Below the pieces are notes generated by a model. It worked only from the letters and a program-made list of their open reading frames with translations. It had not been told where the DNA came from and searched no databases. The position numbers and the translations under genes are program-made. Below are positions 30,544 to 41,277 of a DNA stretch of 64,000 nt, one piece after another (the first letter of the stretch is position 1; each line of letters begins with the position of its first letter). Origin of the DNA: Atribacterota bacterium (GTDB taxonomy: Bacteria; Atribacterota; Phoenicimicrobiia; Phoenicimicrobiales; Stramentimicrobiaceae); contig JAXGNR010000007.1 of assembly GCA_040767965.1 (NCBI GenBank), positions 32,001-96,000 of the forward strand, read 5' to 3'.

Positions 30544-31524
30544 TTATACTTCCCTACAAGCTTGCATGATATCCTCGACAGAGGGAACAATATACTTTTC
30601 ACCATAACGACTGCCGGGAATAGGGACATTATGAGCTCCTACTCTCTTAATTGGTGCATCAATTTCAGTTATCAATTCTTCTGCAACAATTCCAGCAATT
30701 TCGCTGCCTACTCCACCAGCTTTAACTCCATCTTCAACAATAATCAACTTATTGGTTTTTTTTATTGAATTAAATAAAGTTTCTTTATCAAAAGGAACTA
30801 AAGTTCGAGGATCGATTACTTCAATATCTATACCTTCTTGACTTAGTTTTTCAGCAGCCTCAAGGACTTTATGACAAGCATAACTCCAGGCTAATACTGT
30901 AACATCATTCCCTTCTTTTCTAATAACAGCTTCTCCAAAAGGAATGGTATATTCCTCTGAGGGAACCTGCCCTCTTTTCCCATATAAAAGTTTATGCTCA
31001 AAAAATATCACCGGATTATCTTCCCTGATAGCAGTTTTGAGAAGTCCTTTAGCATCATAAGGAGTTGAAGGTATCGCTATCTTTAAACCTGGATAATGAA
31101 GAAAAGTTGCTTCAACAGTTTGTGAATGATGTAATCCAGATCCTGTGCCAACTCCTGCACCTGCAGCTCTTATAGTCAATGGTACTTTAAACTTTCCTCC
31201 ATTACACATATAACGATATTTAGCAACCTCATTAATTACTGCGTCTCCAGCTAGCAACAAAAAGTCACTATACATTAATTCTACAATTGGCCTCATCCCT
31301 ACCAGGGATGCCCCTAAAGCAGCACTAACAAAACCATTTTCCGAAATGGGAGTATGGAGAACTCTTTCATTACCAAATTCCTCATGTAATCCCCCAGTAA
31401 CTCCCCACACGCTATACCTTATATCTTCACCCATTAAAAAGACTTTTTCATTCTTTTTCATTTCTTCATAGATTGCTTCTTTTAAAGCAATAGCATAAGT
31501 TATTTCTCTATCCATTTTCCCCAC
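30544..31524 (-). CDS. TPP-dependent dehydrogenase E1 beta subunit
   Basis: GEDI, TPISE, HSQ, PV.F.EHK.LY, D.RTL.P.D. Confidence 0.93.
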   Translation of the reverse strand: MGKMDREITYAIALKEAIYEEMKKNEKVFLMGEDIRYSVWGVTGGLHEEFGNERVLHTPISENGFVSAALGASLVGMRPIVELMYSDFLLLAGDAVINEVAKYRYMCNGGKFKVPLTIRAAGAGVGTGSGLHHSQTVEATFLHYPGLKIAIPSTPYDAKGLLKTAIREDNPVIFFEHKLLYGKRGQVPSEEYTIPFGEAVIRKEGNDVTVLAWSYACHKVLEAAEKLSQEGIDIEVIDPRTLVPFDKETLFNSIKKTNKLIIVEDGVKAGGVGSEIAGIVAEELITEIDAPIKRVGAHNVPIPGSRYGEKYIVPSVEDIMQACREV

Positions 31525-31536
31525 CCTCTCATTTAT

Positions 31537-32592
31537 TTAACAAAAAACATTTGATAAATAATCATCTTTGGTTGGATATTCACTATTTACAGCAAATTCC
31601 TCAGCAATATCCATCTCTTGTTCGGAATCATGTTTTATCTTGTTGATTATTTCAGTGCTCAATATTTTTTCCTGTAATAATTCATTTTCTAATCTGTTTA
31701 TGGGGCATTTTTCCTTCCAGGAATCAACTTCTTCCTTTGGACGATATCCGCCATAATGTATTTTATCAATCGGGTTATGTCCATCCCATCTGTAAGTCTT
31801 AGTTTCAATTAAAGTAGGGCCTTCACCATTACGTGCTCTTTCAACTGCCTTAGAAGTAGCATAATAGATAGATAAAATATCATTTCCATCAATAACATAA
31901 TTTTCCATGTCATAACCTAATGATCTACTACCTATATTTTGGGCTGAGGTAGTATCTTTAGCAGAAGAAAATATGGCATAAGAATTGTTTTCACAGAAAT
32001 AAATTACCGGAACTTTCCAGACGCTTGCCATATTTAAAGCTTCATGGAAGTTACCATTATTTGAGGAACCATCTCCAAAAAATACAACACAGACTTTTTT
32101 TTCACCAGAATATTTAATTCCAAGGCCAACCCCAGTACCAATTGGGATATGAGCTGATTGCACTCCGGATCTTCCCAGAATACCCAATTCATAACAACCA
32201 AGATGAGGGCCGGCTTTTCCCTGGCAATAACCGGTTTTTTTCCCTAGTAATTCAGCAAGAAGATATTTGGGATCCATTCCTTTGCCAATAGCCCAGGCCC
32301 ATCCCCTATGATAAGGAAGTATATAATCATCCTGGTTTAAAGCGGTGCAAGCTCCTATTGGGCCTGCTTCCTGCCCTAATGTGGAATGCTCTGAAATGGA
32401 ATGTCCTTTATTTAGCATGGATTTTATTTTTTCATCAAACTGCCTTGTTCTTAACATATTTTGATACATCAGAACAAGTTTATCTTGTGGAATTTCTTTT
32501 AACAATTCCTGTCTACTTATTTTCTTTTTTTCAATCTTTTCTTTTATTCTATATATTTCAACCTGATTTTCGTCATGAAAAGATACTTTCAT
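31537..32592 (-). CDS. TPP-dependent dehydrogenase E1 alpha subunit
   Basis: GQEA, HR, GDG...ENN TPP motif, TYR..GH. Confidence 0.93.
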   Translation of the reverse strand: MKVSFHDENQVEIYRIKEKIEKKKISRQELLKEIPQDKLVLMYQNMLRTRQFDEKIKSMLNKGHSISEHSTLGQEAGPIGACTALNQDDYILPYHRGWAWAIGKGMDPKYLLAELLGKKTGYCQGKAGPHLGCYELGILGRSGVQSAHIPIGTGVGLGIKYSGEKKVCVVFFGDGSSNNGNFHEALNMASVWKVPVIYFCENNSYAIFSSAKDTTSAQNIGSRSLGYDMENYVIDGNDILSIYYATSKAVERARNGEGPTLIETKTYRWDGHNPIDKIHYGGYRPKEEVDSWKEKCPINRLENELLQEKILSTEIINKIKHDSEQEMDIAEEFAVNSEYPTKDDYLSNVFC

Positions 32593-32650
32593 TTAACTTC
32601 ACCCCTTAAGATTTTTAAATATAATTCCTTAAACCGTTTATTGGTTACAA

Positions 32651-33358
32651 TTAATTTTTTATCTTTTTTGTTTTTAATACTTTTTCAATATTTTGCAGAT
32701 GATAATTTGTTTTTTCACGGGCAAGAAAAATATCTCGCTTCTTTATAGCATTTAAAATATCTTCATGTTCCTTTATTATCTCTGCTTTTCTTCCGGGAAC
32801 CACAGAAGATTTCTGCCTAATAATTTCATACATGTATATTAACAACTCTTCAATTGCTGCAAAAAAAGTATTGTGACAAGCCTTGGATAAATTTATATGA
32901 AATTGAAAATCGGCTTTTTTATCATTGGGATCTTCTCTAAGGCATTCGATATTTTCTTCGAGGCTAGAAATATCTTTTTCTGTTGCACGCTCACAAGCTA
33001 AACTGACTATAGCTATATCCATAATTCGTCTAAACTCCAGCAAATCACTGATTATATCTTGCTTATAAGATAGTTTTATGAGGTTGAGGAGTTTTTTTAT
33101 TTTATTAGCATCCCTGGCAAGGGTTTTTTTCCGACCCTGGGAGACTATTACTCCTAAAAATTCTAATATTGCCAGCCCTTCTCTCAAAGAACCTCTGCTA
33201 ACACCAAGCATTTCAGCCATTTTTATTTCTGCAGGTAACTCTTGGCCAATCTTAATATTGCCACAGGTAATTTCTCGAGACAAAGAATCTATTATTTTTT
33301 CAGGAATTTTAGGGTTATCTTCTATTTTTTTTAAAATTTTAGATTCTACCTTTCTCAT
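32651..33358 (-). CDS. GntR/FadR family transcriptional regulator (FCD domain)
   Basis: LP.E..MA..LGVSR..LRE wHTH; D.QFH and EH in the FCD domain. Confidence 0.9.
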   Translation of the reverse strand: MRKVESKILKKIEDNPKIPEKIIDSLSREITCGNIKIGQELPAEIKMAEMLGVSRGSLREGLAILEFLGVIVSQGRKKTLARDANKIKKLLNLIKLSYKQDIISDLLEFRRIMDIAIVSLACERATEKDISSLEENIECLREDPNDKKADFQFHINLSKACHNTFFAAIEELLIYMYEIIRQKSSVVPGRKAEIIKEHEDILNAIKKRDIFLAREKTNYHLQNIEKVLKTKKIKN

Positions 33359-33428
33359 TGTCAGATTGTTTGATTGTCTAACAATCTGATTACATTTTTA
33401 ATATAATACACAATTCTTTATTTTGCAA
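33357..33428 (-). promoter_or_regulatory. Promoter plus putative FadR-type operator repeats of the gntR-E1 operon
   Basis: TTGCAA-17 nt-TATATT; palindrome GATTGTCTAACAATC (33372-33386); 10-bp inverted repeat 33361-33370 / 33380-33389. Confidence 0.55.
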
Positions 33429-33482
33429 ATTTTTTACTATTATAAGTTTTATTGCTTTTGGTAAGATATAAGAATAATTGTA

Positions 33483-35144
33483 TTATTTAAAAACTGCCCC
33501 AGTACTGGCTGAGCTAACCTGTTTAGAATAAGTATTCAAAAAACTATTTTTTGACACTTTTAACTCTTTAGGTATCCATCTCTTTTTTCTTCTACTTAGT
33601 TCTTCTGCAGATACTTTTAACTCTAAAGTCCTATTTGGAATATTTATCTCAACAATGTCTCCTTCTTCTATTAGAGCAATAGTACCGCCCGCTGCGGCTT
33701 CTGGTGAAACATGTCCAATACAAGGTCCTCTGGTAGCACCGGAATAACGTCCATCAGTAATCATAGCTACCGAATCACCTAATCCTGAGCCTACTAAAAT
33801 AGCAGCAGGTATAGAGAGCTCCCTCATTCCTGGTCCTCCCTTTGGTCCTTCATATCTTATTATCAGCACATCACCTGGCTGCACTTTTCCAGCAAGCAGC
33901 AAATCTTTTACTTCCTCCTCGGAATTGGCTATTTTGGCAGGACCCGAATGTATCTGCATTTTTGGTACAACTCCACTTTGTTTTACTACAGCGCCCTCAG
34001 GTGCTAAATTACCAAACAGGACCGCTATTCCGCCTTGTGGTGCTAAAGGGTTTTCTAATGAATTAATAACATCTCCTGTTTCTAGTTTTATTTTAGCTAA
34101 ATTTTCTGCTAAGCTTTTCCCCGTAATAGTTATTCCTTCAGTATACAATAGCGGCTCCATGGCTTTTAGAAGCATTTGAACCCCACCAGCATCATCAAAA
34201 TCAGAAATGTTGTATTGGGAGGCTGGTTTAAATTTTGCCAGCAAAGGTGTTTCTTTACTGATTTTATCAAATAATTCAAGAGATAAATTATAATCTATCT
34301 GATCAGCAATTGCCAACAAATGCAAAATGGCATTAGTAGAGCCTCCTAAGGCCATTGTTACTTTAATTGCGTTATTAATTGCATCTCTGGAGATAATATC
34401 TGCTGCATTAATATTATCTCTTATTAATTGCACTATTTTTTCACCCGTTTCCTGGGCAACCTGAAACCTTCTGGAATCAACAGTTAGCATGGTAGCACTT
34501 CCAGGCAAAGAAAGGCCTATTGCTTCAACAATAGAACTCATAGTAAAGGCAGTTCCCATCATAGAACATGTGCCTCTTGTTGCACAGGTTGTTGCTTCTA
34601 TTTCATAAAATTCATCTTCTGATATAAAGCCAGCCTTGTATCTGCCCATGGCTTCTTTGATATCACATGTAACCAGATTATCATTGCCAATTTTTCTTGG
34701 AAGCATAGCACCGCCTGTCATAAAAATAGCAGGTAATTTCAAACGGGCTGCAGCCATTAGCATCCCGGGTACAATTTTGTCACAAGAACAAAGCATAACC
34801 ATCCCATCGAATTGATGAGCTTCGATCATCAGCTCCACAGAGGCTGCAATAATATCCCTGGAAGGCAGAATATAATGCATGCCTTCCCCTTGAGCTATTG
34901 CATCGCAAGGAGCAATAGTATTAAACTCAACCGGCATTCCTCCCCCAATATAGACACCTTCTCTTACATATCTGGCCAATTCTCTTAAAGGGTAATGAGC
35001 CGGATTTGTTTCACTAAAGGAATTAACAATAGCTACTTTTGGTTTAGACAAGCTTTTTTCACTGTAACCTACTGCCCTGTACATCGCCCTGGGGTAAGCA
35101 CCGGTAAGCCCTTCCATTAAATTTTCACTTCTTAATTTAGTCAT
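33483..35144 (-). CDS. IlvD/Edd family Fe-S dehydratase (dihydroxy-acid or sugar-acid dehydratase)
   Basis: CD.I, CDK..PG, C..MGTA, GGSTN, EGP.GGPGM.E, TDGRYSG. Confidence 0.9.
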   Translation of the reverse strand: MTKLRSENLMEGLTGAYPRAMYRAVGYSEKSLSKPKVAIVNSFSETNPAHYPLRELARYVREGVYIGGGMPVEFNTIAPCDAIAQGEGMHYILPSRDIIAASVELMIEAHQFDGMVMLCSCDKIVPGMLMAAARLKLPAIFMTGGAMLPRKIGNDNLVTCDIKEAMGRYKAGFISEDEFYEIEATTCATRGTCSMMGTAFTMSSIVEAIGLSLPGSATMLTVDSRRFQVAQETGEKIVQLIRDNINAADIISRDAINNAIKVTMALGGSTNAILHLLAIADQIDYNLSLELFDKISKETPLLAKFKPASQYNISDFDDAGGVQMLLKAMEPLLYTEGITITGKSLAENLAKIKLETGDVINSLENPLAPQGGIAVLFGNLAPEGAVVKQSGVVPKMQIHSGPAKIANSEEEVKDLLLAGKVQPGDVLIIRYEGPKGGPGMRELSIPAAILVGSGLGDSVAMITDGRYSGATRGPCIGHVSPEAAAGGTIALIEEGDIVEINIPNRTLELKVSAEELSRRKKRWIPKELKVSKNSFLNTYSKQVSSASTGAVFK

Positions 35145-35235
35145 AATTCCTTTTCTCTCTTTTCTTGATATGTCTTTAATTTTTTAATAACATACAATCA
35201 TAATTTCACACAAAACAAAAACAGACAACAGTAAT

Positions 35236-36126
35236 CTAACAATTGTTTTCTCTAAATTTTACATCAAGCAATTCTTCGAATATTTTTATCATGGAACTTT
35301 TATCTGCATTCTCATAACCTTTTAATAGTGCCATTTGATAGGTAGATGTTGCCGCATGCAGGATCGGGAGAGGAATACAGTGTTCAGCAGATATTTCTGC
35401 TCCGCTCACTAAATCTTTATAGGCATTTCCCATTGTATATGCTCCTTTAAACTCATTGCCAAGAATCCGTGAAATAAAAAATTCTGATGCGTAACTCCTT
35501 CCTGATCCGTTATTAACCACCTTGCCCACTTTTGCAGGTTCAAGTCCTAACTTGATTGCCATTGGTAGAATTTCTGCTAATGCAGCTACATTTATATCAT
35601 ATAATAATTGATTAATAAGCTTTGTTAGCTGCCCCTTACCTGATTCTCCCATATATAATATTTCATTTCCTATATCTTTAAGAAGAGGATTGATTTTTTC
35701 AAATACATTCTTATCTCCTCCTCCCATTATTGTCAAGGTAGCATTAATAGCCCCTGCCTCTCCTCCAGATACCGGGGCATCAATAAATGATATACCCTCT
35801 TTTCCTAACCTTTCAGCAATTTCTATGGTACCGTTATAAGTAATTGTACTCAAATCTACAATTATCTTTGCTTTTATAGAGCATTCTAAAAGACCTTTGT
35901 TTCCAAAAATTACTTCTTTTACTATTTTAGTATTTGGTAAACTTAAAAAAATGATATCAACTTGCGCAATATCAAAAAAATTGGTAGTAGTTTGTATTCC
36001 CTTTTTAGAAAATTCATTAAAGTTATCAGTGCACACATCACAAACTATTAATTTTTCATTTCTTTTTGAAAGATTCATCGCTATATGTTTTCCCATTTGG
36101 CCTAATCCAATGAATCCTATTTTCAT
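35236..36126 (-). CDS. Beta-hydroxyacid dehydrogenase family (GarR/MmsB-like) oxidoreductase
   Basis: GFIGLG.MG, DAPVSGG, KL.NQ. Confidence 0.88.
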   Translation of the reverse strand: MKIGFIGLGQMGKHIAMNLSKRNEKLIVCDVCTDNFNEFSKKGIQTTTNFFDIAQVDIIFLSLPNTKIVKEVIFGNKGLLECSIKAKIIVDLSTITYNGTIEIAERLGKEGISFIDAPVSGGEAGAINATLTIMGGGDKNVFEKINPLLKDIGNEILYMGESGKGQLTKLINQLLYDINVAALAEILPMAIKLGLEPAKVGKVVNNGSGRSYASEFFISRILGNEFKGAYTMGNAYKDLVSGAEISAEHCIPLPILHAATSTYQMALLKGYENADKSSMIKIFEELLDVKFRENNC

Positions 36127-36506
36127 ATATAAACCCTCCCTTTATTTAAAAATATTGTTTATTTACAATTATTTACAATTATTTACAAAAAAGTTATTTT
36201 TTCTATAAAACTATAATTTTAAATTTTTAATTTTTTCAATTTATTTATAATAAAATCTAATCAGAATTATCCAGGCGAACTGAAATATTTATAATGAAAA
36301 AACAAATTATTTTTATTATAGGCTAATCTTTTTTAGATTGGAAGAAAAGAAATGCTCTTTTTATTTTTTATTTATAATCATTTTTATAAAAATACCTAAA
36401 AAATAGAATTAAAAATTTGCTAATGTGATTCTATTTATTATAATAAGTAGAGAGACTGTATGTATTTTAGTAAAATAAGCTTTTATAAAAATAGGAGGAA
36501 TTAATT

Positions 36507-37403
36507 TTGCAGAAAATAAAATTAAATGGTATTTACCCACCAATAGTTACCCCTTTTATAAACGAAAAAGTGGAGTATAACTATTTATCTGAAAATATGG
36601 ATAAACTAAACAAAAGTGGGATTTCCGGGGTAGTCGTACTTGGCTCTAATGGAGAAAATGTTTATCTTTCAGAAAAGGAAAAAATTGAGGTTGTAAAAAA
36701 AGTCATTGAAAAAGCAGCAAAAAATATGAAAATAATTGTTGGCTCCGGCTGTGAATCAACTCAGGAGACAATTAGCCTGACAAATAATCTGGCAGAATTA
36801 GGCGCTCATGCAGCTTTAATAGTAACTCCTTTTTACTACAAGAACAAAATGAATGATGAAGCATTAATTAATTATTATACTACAGTAGCAGATAAATCTA
36901 TTATTCCAATTATGCTTTATAATGTACCGAAGTTTACAGGAGTTAATATAAGTGAAAAAGTTGTATCCGTTTTATCAAAACATCCTAATGTTGTCGGGAT
37001 AAAAGATAGTACTGGAAATGTAAATCAGCTTGGGCAATATCTAAATCAGGTTGATGATGATTTCAACGTTTTGGTAGGAACTGCCGGTTCTTTGCTAGGA
37101 GCATTGGTTCTGGGATGTCAGGGTGGTATATTGGCTCTGGCTAATATTGTCCCTGAAATATGCGTTCAGATTGAAAAGCTTGTTCGGGAAGGTAATATTA
37201 ACGAGGCTAAAGAATTACAATTACGAATGATTCCTGTTAATGGAGCTGTAACTGCAAAATATGGCATAAGCGGATTAAAATATGCAATGGATTTATTGGG
37301 ATACAAAGGTGGAGATGTTAGATCACCATTGCTTCCATTAAAAGAAGATGAAAAACAAGGCCTTATAAATATTCTGAAAAAAGCAAATTTAAAAATCGGA
37401 TAA
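36507..37403 (+). CDS. DHDPS-family class I aldolase (4-hydroxy-2-oxoglutarate / KDG aldolase-like)
   Basis: TPF, GSNGE (not the DapA GTTGE), YNVP, GIKDS Schiff-base lysine. Confidence 0.85.
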   Translation: MQKIKLNGIYPPIVTPFINEKVEYNYLSENMDKLNKSGISGVVVLGSNGENVYLSEKEKIEVVKKVIEKAAKNMKIIVGSGCESTQETISLTNNLAELGAHAALIVTPFYYKNKMNDEALINYYTTVADKSIIPIMLYNVPKFTGVNISEKVVSVLSKHPNVVGIKDSTGNVNQLGQYLNQVDDDFNVLVGTAGSLLGALVLGCQGGILALANIVPEICVQIEKLVREGNINEAKELQLRMIPVNGAVTAKYGISGLKYAMDLLGYKGGDVRSPLLPLKEDEKQGLINILKKANLKIG

Positions 37404-37470
37404 TTACTAATTAGGATAATTATTAAATAATTATTTTATGATAAAAAATTAAATTTAAAAGAGGAAATAA

Positions 37471-39447
37471 TCAATACTTAATAAAATCTGTATTTTTTAT
37501 TTCCTCTTTTCTTATAGTCAGCTCTTCCCATTTTTCAACCAGATTGTCTAGTTTATTAGTTATCTTGTGTAATTCTATTTTAGATTGCTTTATTTTTTCA
37601 GGATTTTTAAATATTTCTATTTGGCACAATTTTTTTTCAAGATTAATTTTCTTCTCTTCTAGTGAAGTTATCTGTTCTTCAATAGGGGTTAGCTCTTTTT
37701 CTATAACTGTCATAAGTTGATATTTTTTATTTCTCTGTTCAGCTTCAAATTTTCTTTGTTTTTTATCCAATATGCTCTTTTTTGTATCAGTATTCTTTTT
37801 AGAGTCCCTGTCAATCATTTGATGGGATTCAGCTAGAAAAGACTTTCTTTTTTGAACAAAATAAGAATAATTACCATGATAAATATTTATTTTTCCTTCT
37901 TTTATTTCTACCACTTTATCGGCAAGCTGATCGAGAAAAAATCGATCATGAGAAACAATTAAAATAGTACCATTGTATTTTTTTAAAGCTTGATGGAAAA
38001 TATTTTTTGTATTAATGTCAAGATGATTTCCAGGCTCATCCAAAATAAGCAAGTTTGACTCTTCTAATAATAGTTTAGCTAATGATAATCTGGATTTTTC
38101 TCCCCCGGACAATTGCTTTACTAGCTTGTATATTTCATCACCTGAAAATAAAAAAGACCCTAAAAGATCTCTTTTTTCTTGATCTGTTAATTTATGGCCA
38201 TTGTTACTGATTTCATCCCAAACGGTATTTTCATAATTAAGATTTTGGGAACTCTCCTGAGAAAAATAGGCTATTTTAACATTATGTCCCCATTTTATCT
38301 TTCCTTTCAATGGAGCTTCTGTTCCACTGATAATTCTTAACAAGGTTGATTTGCCTGCCCCATTAACCCCGGTTAAGGCTACTTTCTCTCCTCTGTTAAT
38401 TACCAAATCAATATTTTTCAAAACAGTAATATTTTCATATCCGTGATTAATATTCTCTAAATTAACTACTTCTCTTCCACTTCTAGGAATATTAATAAAT
38501 CTTATATTAATATTTTTTGAAATATTTTTTAAATCCTGTGTATTTTGAGGACTTAATTTCTCCAAAGTTTTTACCCTACTTTGTACCTGTGTTGCCTTAG
38601 TTGCTTTATATCGAAAACGTTCAATAAATTTTTCTAAATGCTCTTTTTCTTCAATTAAATGCTTTTGCTGTTTTAGTTTAATTTCCTTTTGTTTTTCCCT
38701 TTCAGTTAAATAAAAACTATAATTACCTTTGTAAATTGTAATATTTTGCCCGGCTACCTCAACAGTTTCTTCAACTACTTTGTCTAGAAAATAATGGTCA
38801 TGAGAAATCACTATCAAATTTCCTTTATAATTTAATAGCCAATCCTCCAGCCATTCCAGACTTTCGCTATCCAGATGATTTGTTGGCTCATCAAGTAACA
38901 ATATATCAGGTAAACTTAGCAATAAGCCTGCCAAAACCACCCTCATTTTCCAGCCACCAGAAAAAGATGAGCATGGCTGTAGCCAATCTTTTTCTTTGAA
39001 TCCTAACCCTAGAATAATACTTTTTGCTCTTGACTCAAAACTGTATCCGCCTTTAATTTCAAATTCGTGAAAATATTTTTCATATTTTTCGGCAATTTTA
39101 TGGAAATGGGCATTTTCAACATTTGTTTTGGTTAACATTTCCTGGTATTTTTCTATTTTCTTTTTTAGCTGGACAATTCCTGATTTTTCTTCAAGATATT
39201 CTTTTAAAAGATAATCAGAAAGATCTGTTAGGTCTTGAGAAAGATATCCAAAGCTGTGTTTTTTCGGTAAAATAACATGACCTTCGTCTGGTTCATGCTG
39301 TCCTATGATAATTTTTAATAAAGTAGTTTTGCCTACTCCATTATAACCAACCAGCCCAATTCTTTTACCTAAGGGAATTTCCCAGTTTAAATCCTGAAAT
39401 AATGTTTTTTCAGGAAAGGAAACTTTAATATTTTCTAATTTAATCAT
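37471..39447 (-). CDS. ABC-F family ATPase (Uup/YheS-like)
   Basis: Two NBDs (GYNGVGKT, GVNGAGKS, SGG, DEP.NHLD), no TM segments, C-terminal coiled coil. Confidence 0.92.
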   Translation of the reverse strand: MIKLENIKVSFPEKTLFQDLNWEIPLGKRIGLVGYNGVGKTTLLKIIIGQHEPDEGHVILPKKHSFGYLSQDLTDLSDYLLKEYLEEKSGIVQLKKKIEKYQEMLTKTNVENAHFHKIAEKYEKYFHEFEIKGGYSFESRAKSIILGLGFKEKDWLQPCSSFSGGWKMRVVLAGLLLSLPDILLLDEPTNHLDSESLEWLEDWLLNYKGNLIVISHDHYFLDKVVEETVEVAGQNITIYKGNYSFYLTEREKQKEIKLKQQKHLIEEKEHLEKFIERFRYKATKATQVQSRVKTLEKLSPQNTQDLKNISKNINIRFINIPRSGREVVNLENINHGYENITVLKNIDLVINRGEKVALTGVNGAGKSTLLRIISGTEAPLKGKIKWGHNVKIAYFSQESSQNLNYENTVWDEISNNGHKLTDQEKRDLLGSFLFSGDEIYKLVKQLSGGEKSRLSLAKLLLEESNLLILDEPGNHLDINTKNIFHQALKKYNGTILIVSHDRFFLDQLADKVVEIKEGKINIYHGNYSYFVQKRKSFLAESHQMIDRDSKKNTDTKKSILDKKQRKFEAEQRNKKYQLMTVIEKELTPIEEQITSLEEKKINLEKKLCQIEIFKNPEKIKQSKIELHKITNKLDNLVEKWEELTIRKEEIKNTDFIKY

Positions 39448-39669
39448 AATTTAATAACAATCTATATATTTGTCTCGTATTTTTCTTTGCAGGTTACTGT
39501 TTGAAATTTCTTTTTTTATGGTTATTCCAATATATAATTAGTGATTAATAGTTTTTATATTCATTAATAATATATTAATGACTGGTAAAAATCTAATAAA
39601 ACTAAAATGAATTCATTAATTATTTAAATATTTTTTGACTTTTTAATATTAAAATTAAATTTGTCAACA

Positions 39670-39726
39670 ATAAAACAAACTGAGAAGAAAATTTCTAATT
39701 AGAAAATATTTCTCAGTTTGTTTTAT
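39670..39726 (-). terminator. Terminator after tctA
   Basis: ATAAAACAAACTGAGAA / TTCTCAGTTTGTTTTAT inverted repeat with a T-rich end. Confidence 0.6.
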
Positions 39727-39764
39727 CTATTGCTATAATGTCTAGATATATATAACAATTTAAG

Positions 39765-41258
39765 TTATTTACTTTTTTTTCTTACAGTGAAGTCCTTATA
39801 AAGAGCAGAACCAATCGATAAAAGAGCTATTAAAAAAAGAATTACAGAAAGAGGATTTTTAAAAAACCCCAATACATTACCTCTATTTATTAATAATGTC
39901 TGCCTCATTCCCAACTCTGCCATCTTTGCTAGTATTAATGCTATAACCATAGGCGCAACCGGAAATTTATATCTAATCATTAAATATCCAATCAATCCAA
40001 AAACAAACATCAACATAACATCGAACATGCTTTGGTCAATTGCATATGCACCAATCGTGCTTAATACAACTATAAATGGTGCAATAATTTGTCTTTTTAT
40101 TCTTGTAATATAAACTCCCGCTTTGGAAAAAAGATAACCGAAAAATAACATGAATACATTTGCAACAAATATAGAAAATATTATTGTGTAAGTAAGACCA
40201 CCAAACTCAGTAATAAATCTAGGACCAGGCCTTAATCCATGAAAAATCAACCCACTTAACAGTATTGCAGTAACCGAACTACCGGGAATTCCTAATACTA
40301 ATGTCGGAATTAAAGCTGAGCCTGTAACTGCATTATTTGCAGCTTCTGCAGCAATAACTCCTTCGGGTATGCCAGTTCCAAACAACTCAGGCGTTTTAGA
40401 AGCTCTCTTGGCCTCATTATACCCTACCCAACAGGCAATACCACCACCTGTTCCAGGAATTGCTCCTATTATCGAGCCAATTATTGAAGATCTGATTAAA
40501 GTAGTTTTATATTTTAACAATTCAGATATTTTAGGGAATAACCTTCCTGAAATTATTGAGCTAGAAGTAGAATTATCCTCTTCATTCTGCTCTAATAGTT
40601 TTAAAGCTTGCGATATAGAAAAAACACCAATCAGAATTACTACTAACGGGATCCCGTCCAGTAAGCTCATACTGCCAAAAGTAAACCTAGAAATACCTGT
40701 CATAAAATCCATCCCCACTGTGGCTAGAAAAAGTCCAATACTGCCTGAAATTAAACCTTTGACCCATTCATCTGAGGCAAGAGTTGCAATGAGCGTTAAT
40801 CCTAATAAAGCCAGAATAAAATATTCTGCAGGCCCAAAAAGGTAGCTAATATTTGCCAAAAGAGGAGCAACAAAAAGTAAAACAATTGCACTAAATATTC
40901 CTCCAACAAAAGAAGAGGTAACAGAATATCCCAGGGCTATCCCTGCTTCACCTTTCAAAGTCATCGGATATCCGTCTTCACAAGTGGCAGCTGCTGCTGG
41001 AGTTCCTGGGGTATGAATTAAAATTGCCGATATTGACCCTCCATACATTCCGCCACAATAAAGAGCTATTAGCATCGGAATCCCAACACCTGGATCCATA
41101 CCGAAAGTCAAGGGGAGCAATAGGGCAACCCCCATCGTTGCAGACAAGCCAGGTAGAGCACCGATAAATATACCAATAACCATACCAAATGCAATGGTTA
41201 GCAAGCTCATTAAGTCAAATACATTTCTAATTCCTTCCAACATTAATTCAAAGTTCAT
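39765..41258 (-). CDS. tctA: TTT large permease
   Basis: TctA motifs; close paralog of 23848-25386. Confidence 0.93.
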   Translation of the reverse strand: MNFELMLEGIRNVFDLMSLLTIAFGMVIGIFIGALPGLSATMGVALLLPLTFGMDPGVGIPMLIALYCGGMYGGSISAILIHTPGTPAAAATCEDGYPMTLKGEAGIALGYSVTSSFVGGIFSAIVLLFVAPLLANISYLFGPAEYFILALLGLTLIATLASDEWVKGLISGSIGLFLATVGMDFMTGISRFTFGSMSLLDGIPLVVILIGVFSISQALKLLEQNEEDNSTSSSIISGRLFPKISELLKYKTTLIRSSIIGSIIGAIPGTGGGIACWVGYNEAKRASKTPELFGTGIPEGVIAAEAANNAVTGSALIPTLVLGIPGSSVTAILLSGLIFHGLRPGPRFITEFGGLTYTIIFSIFVANVFMLFFGYLFSKAGVYITRIKRQIIAPFIVVLSTIGAYAIDQSMFDVMLMFVFGLIGYLMIRYKFPVAPMVIALILAKMAELGMRQTLLINRGNVLGFFKNPLSVILFLIALLSIGSALYKDFTVRKKSK

Positions 41259-41277
41259 CAGATTATCTCCTTATATA

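Noticed and set aside
33483-35144. Calling this housekeeping ilvD
   Set aside because: No other ilv/leu genes nearby and the context is catabolic; family-level call only
36507-37403. Calling this dapA
   Set aside because: GSNGE instead of GTTGE, and no dap/asd/lysC neighbours
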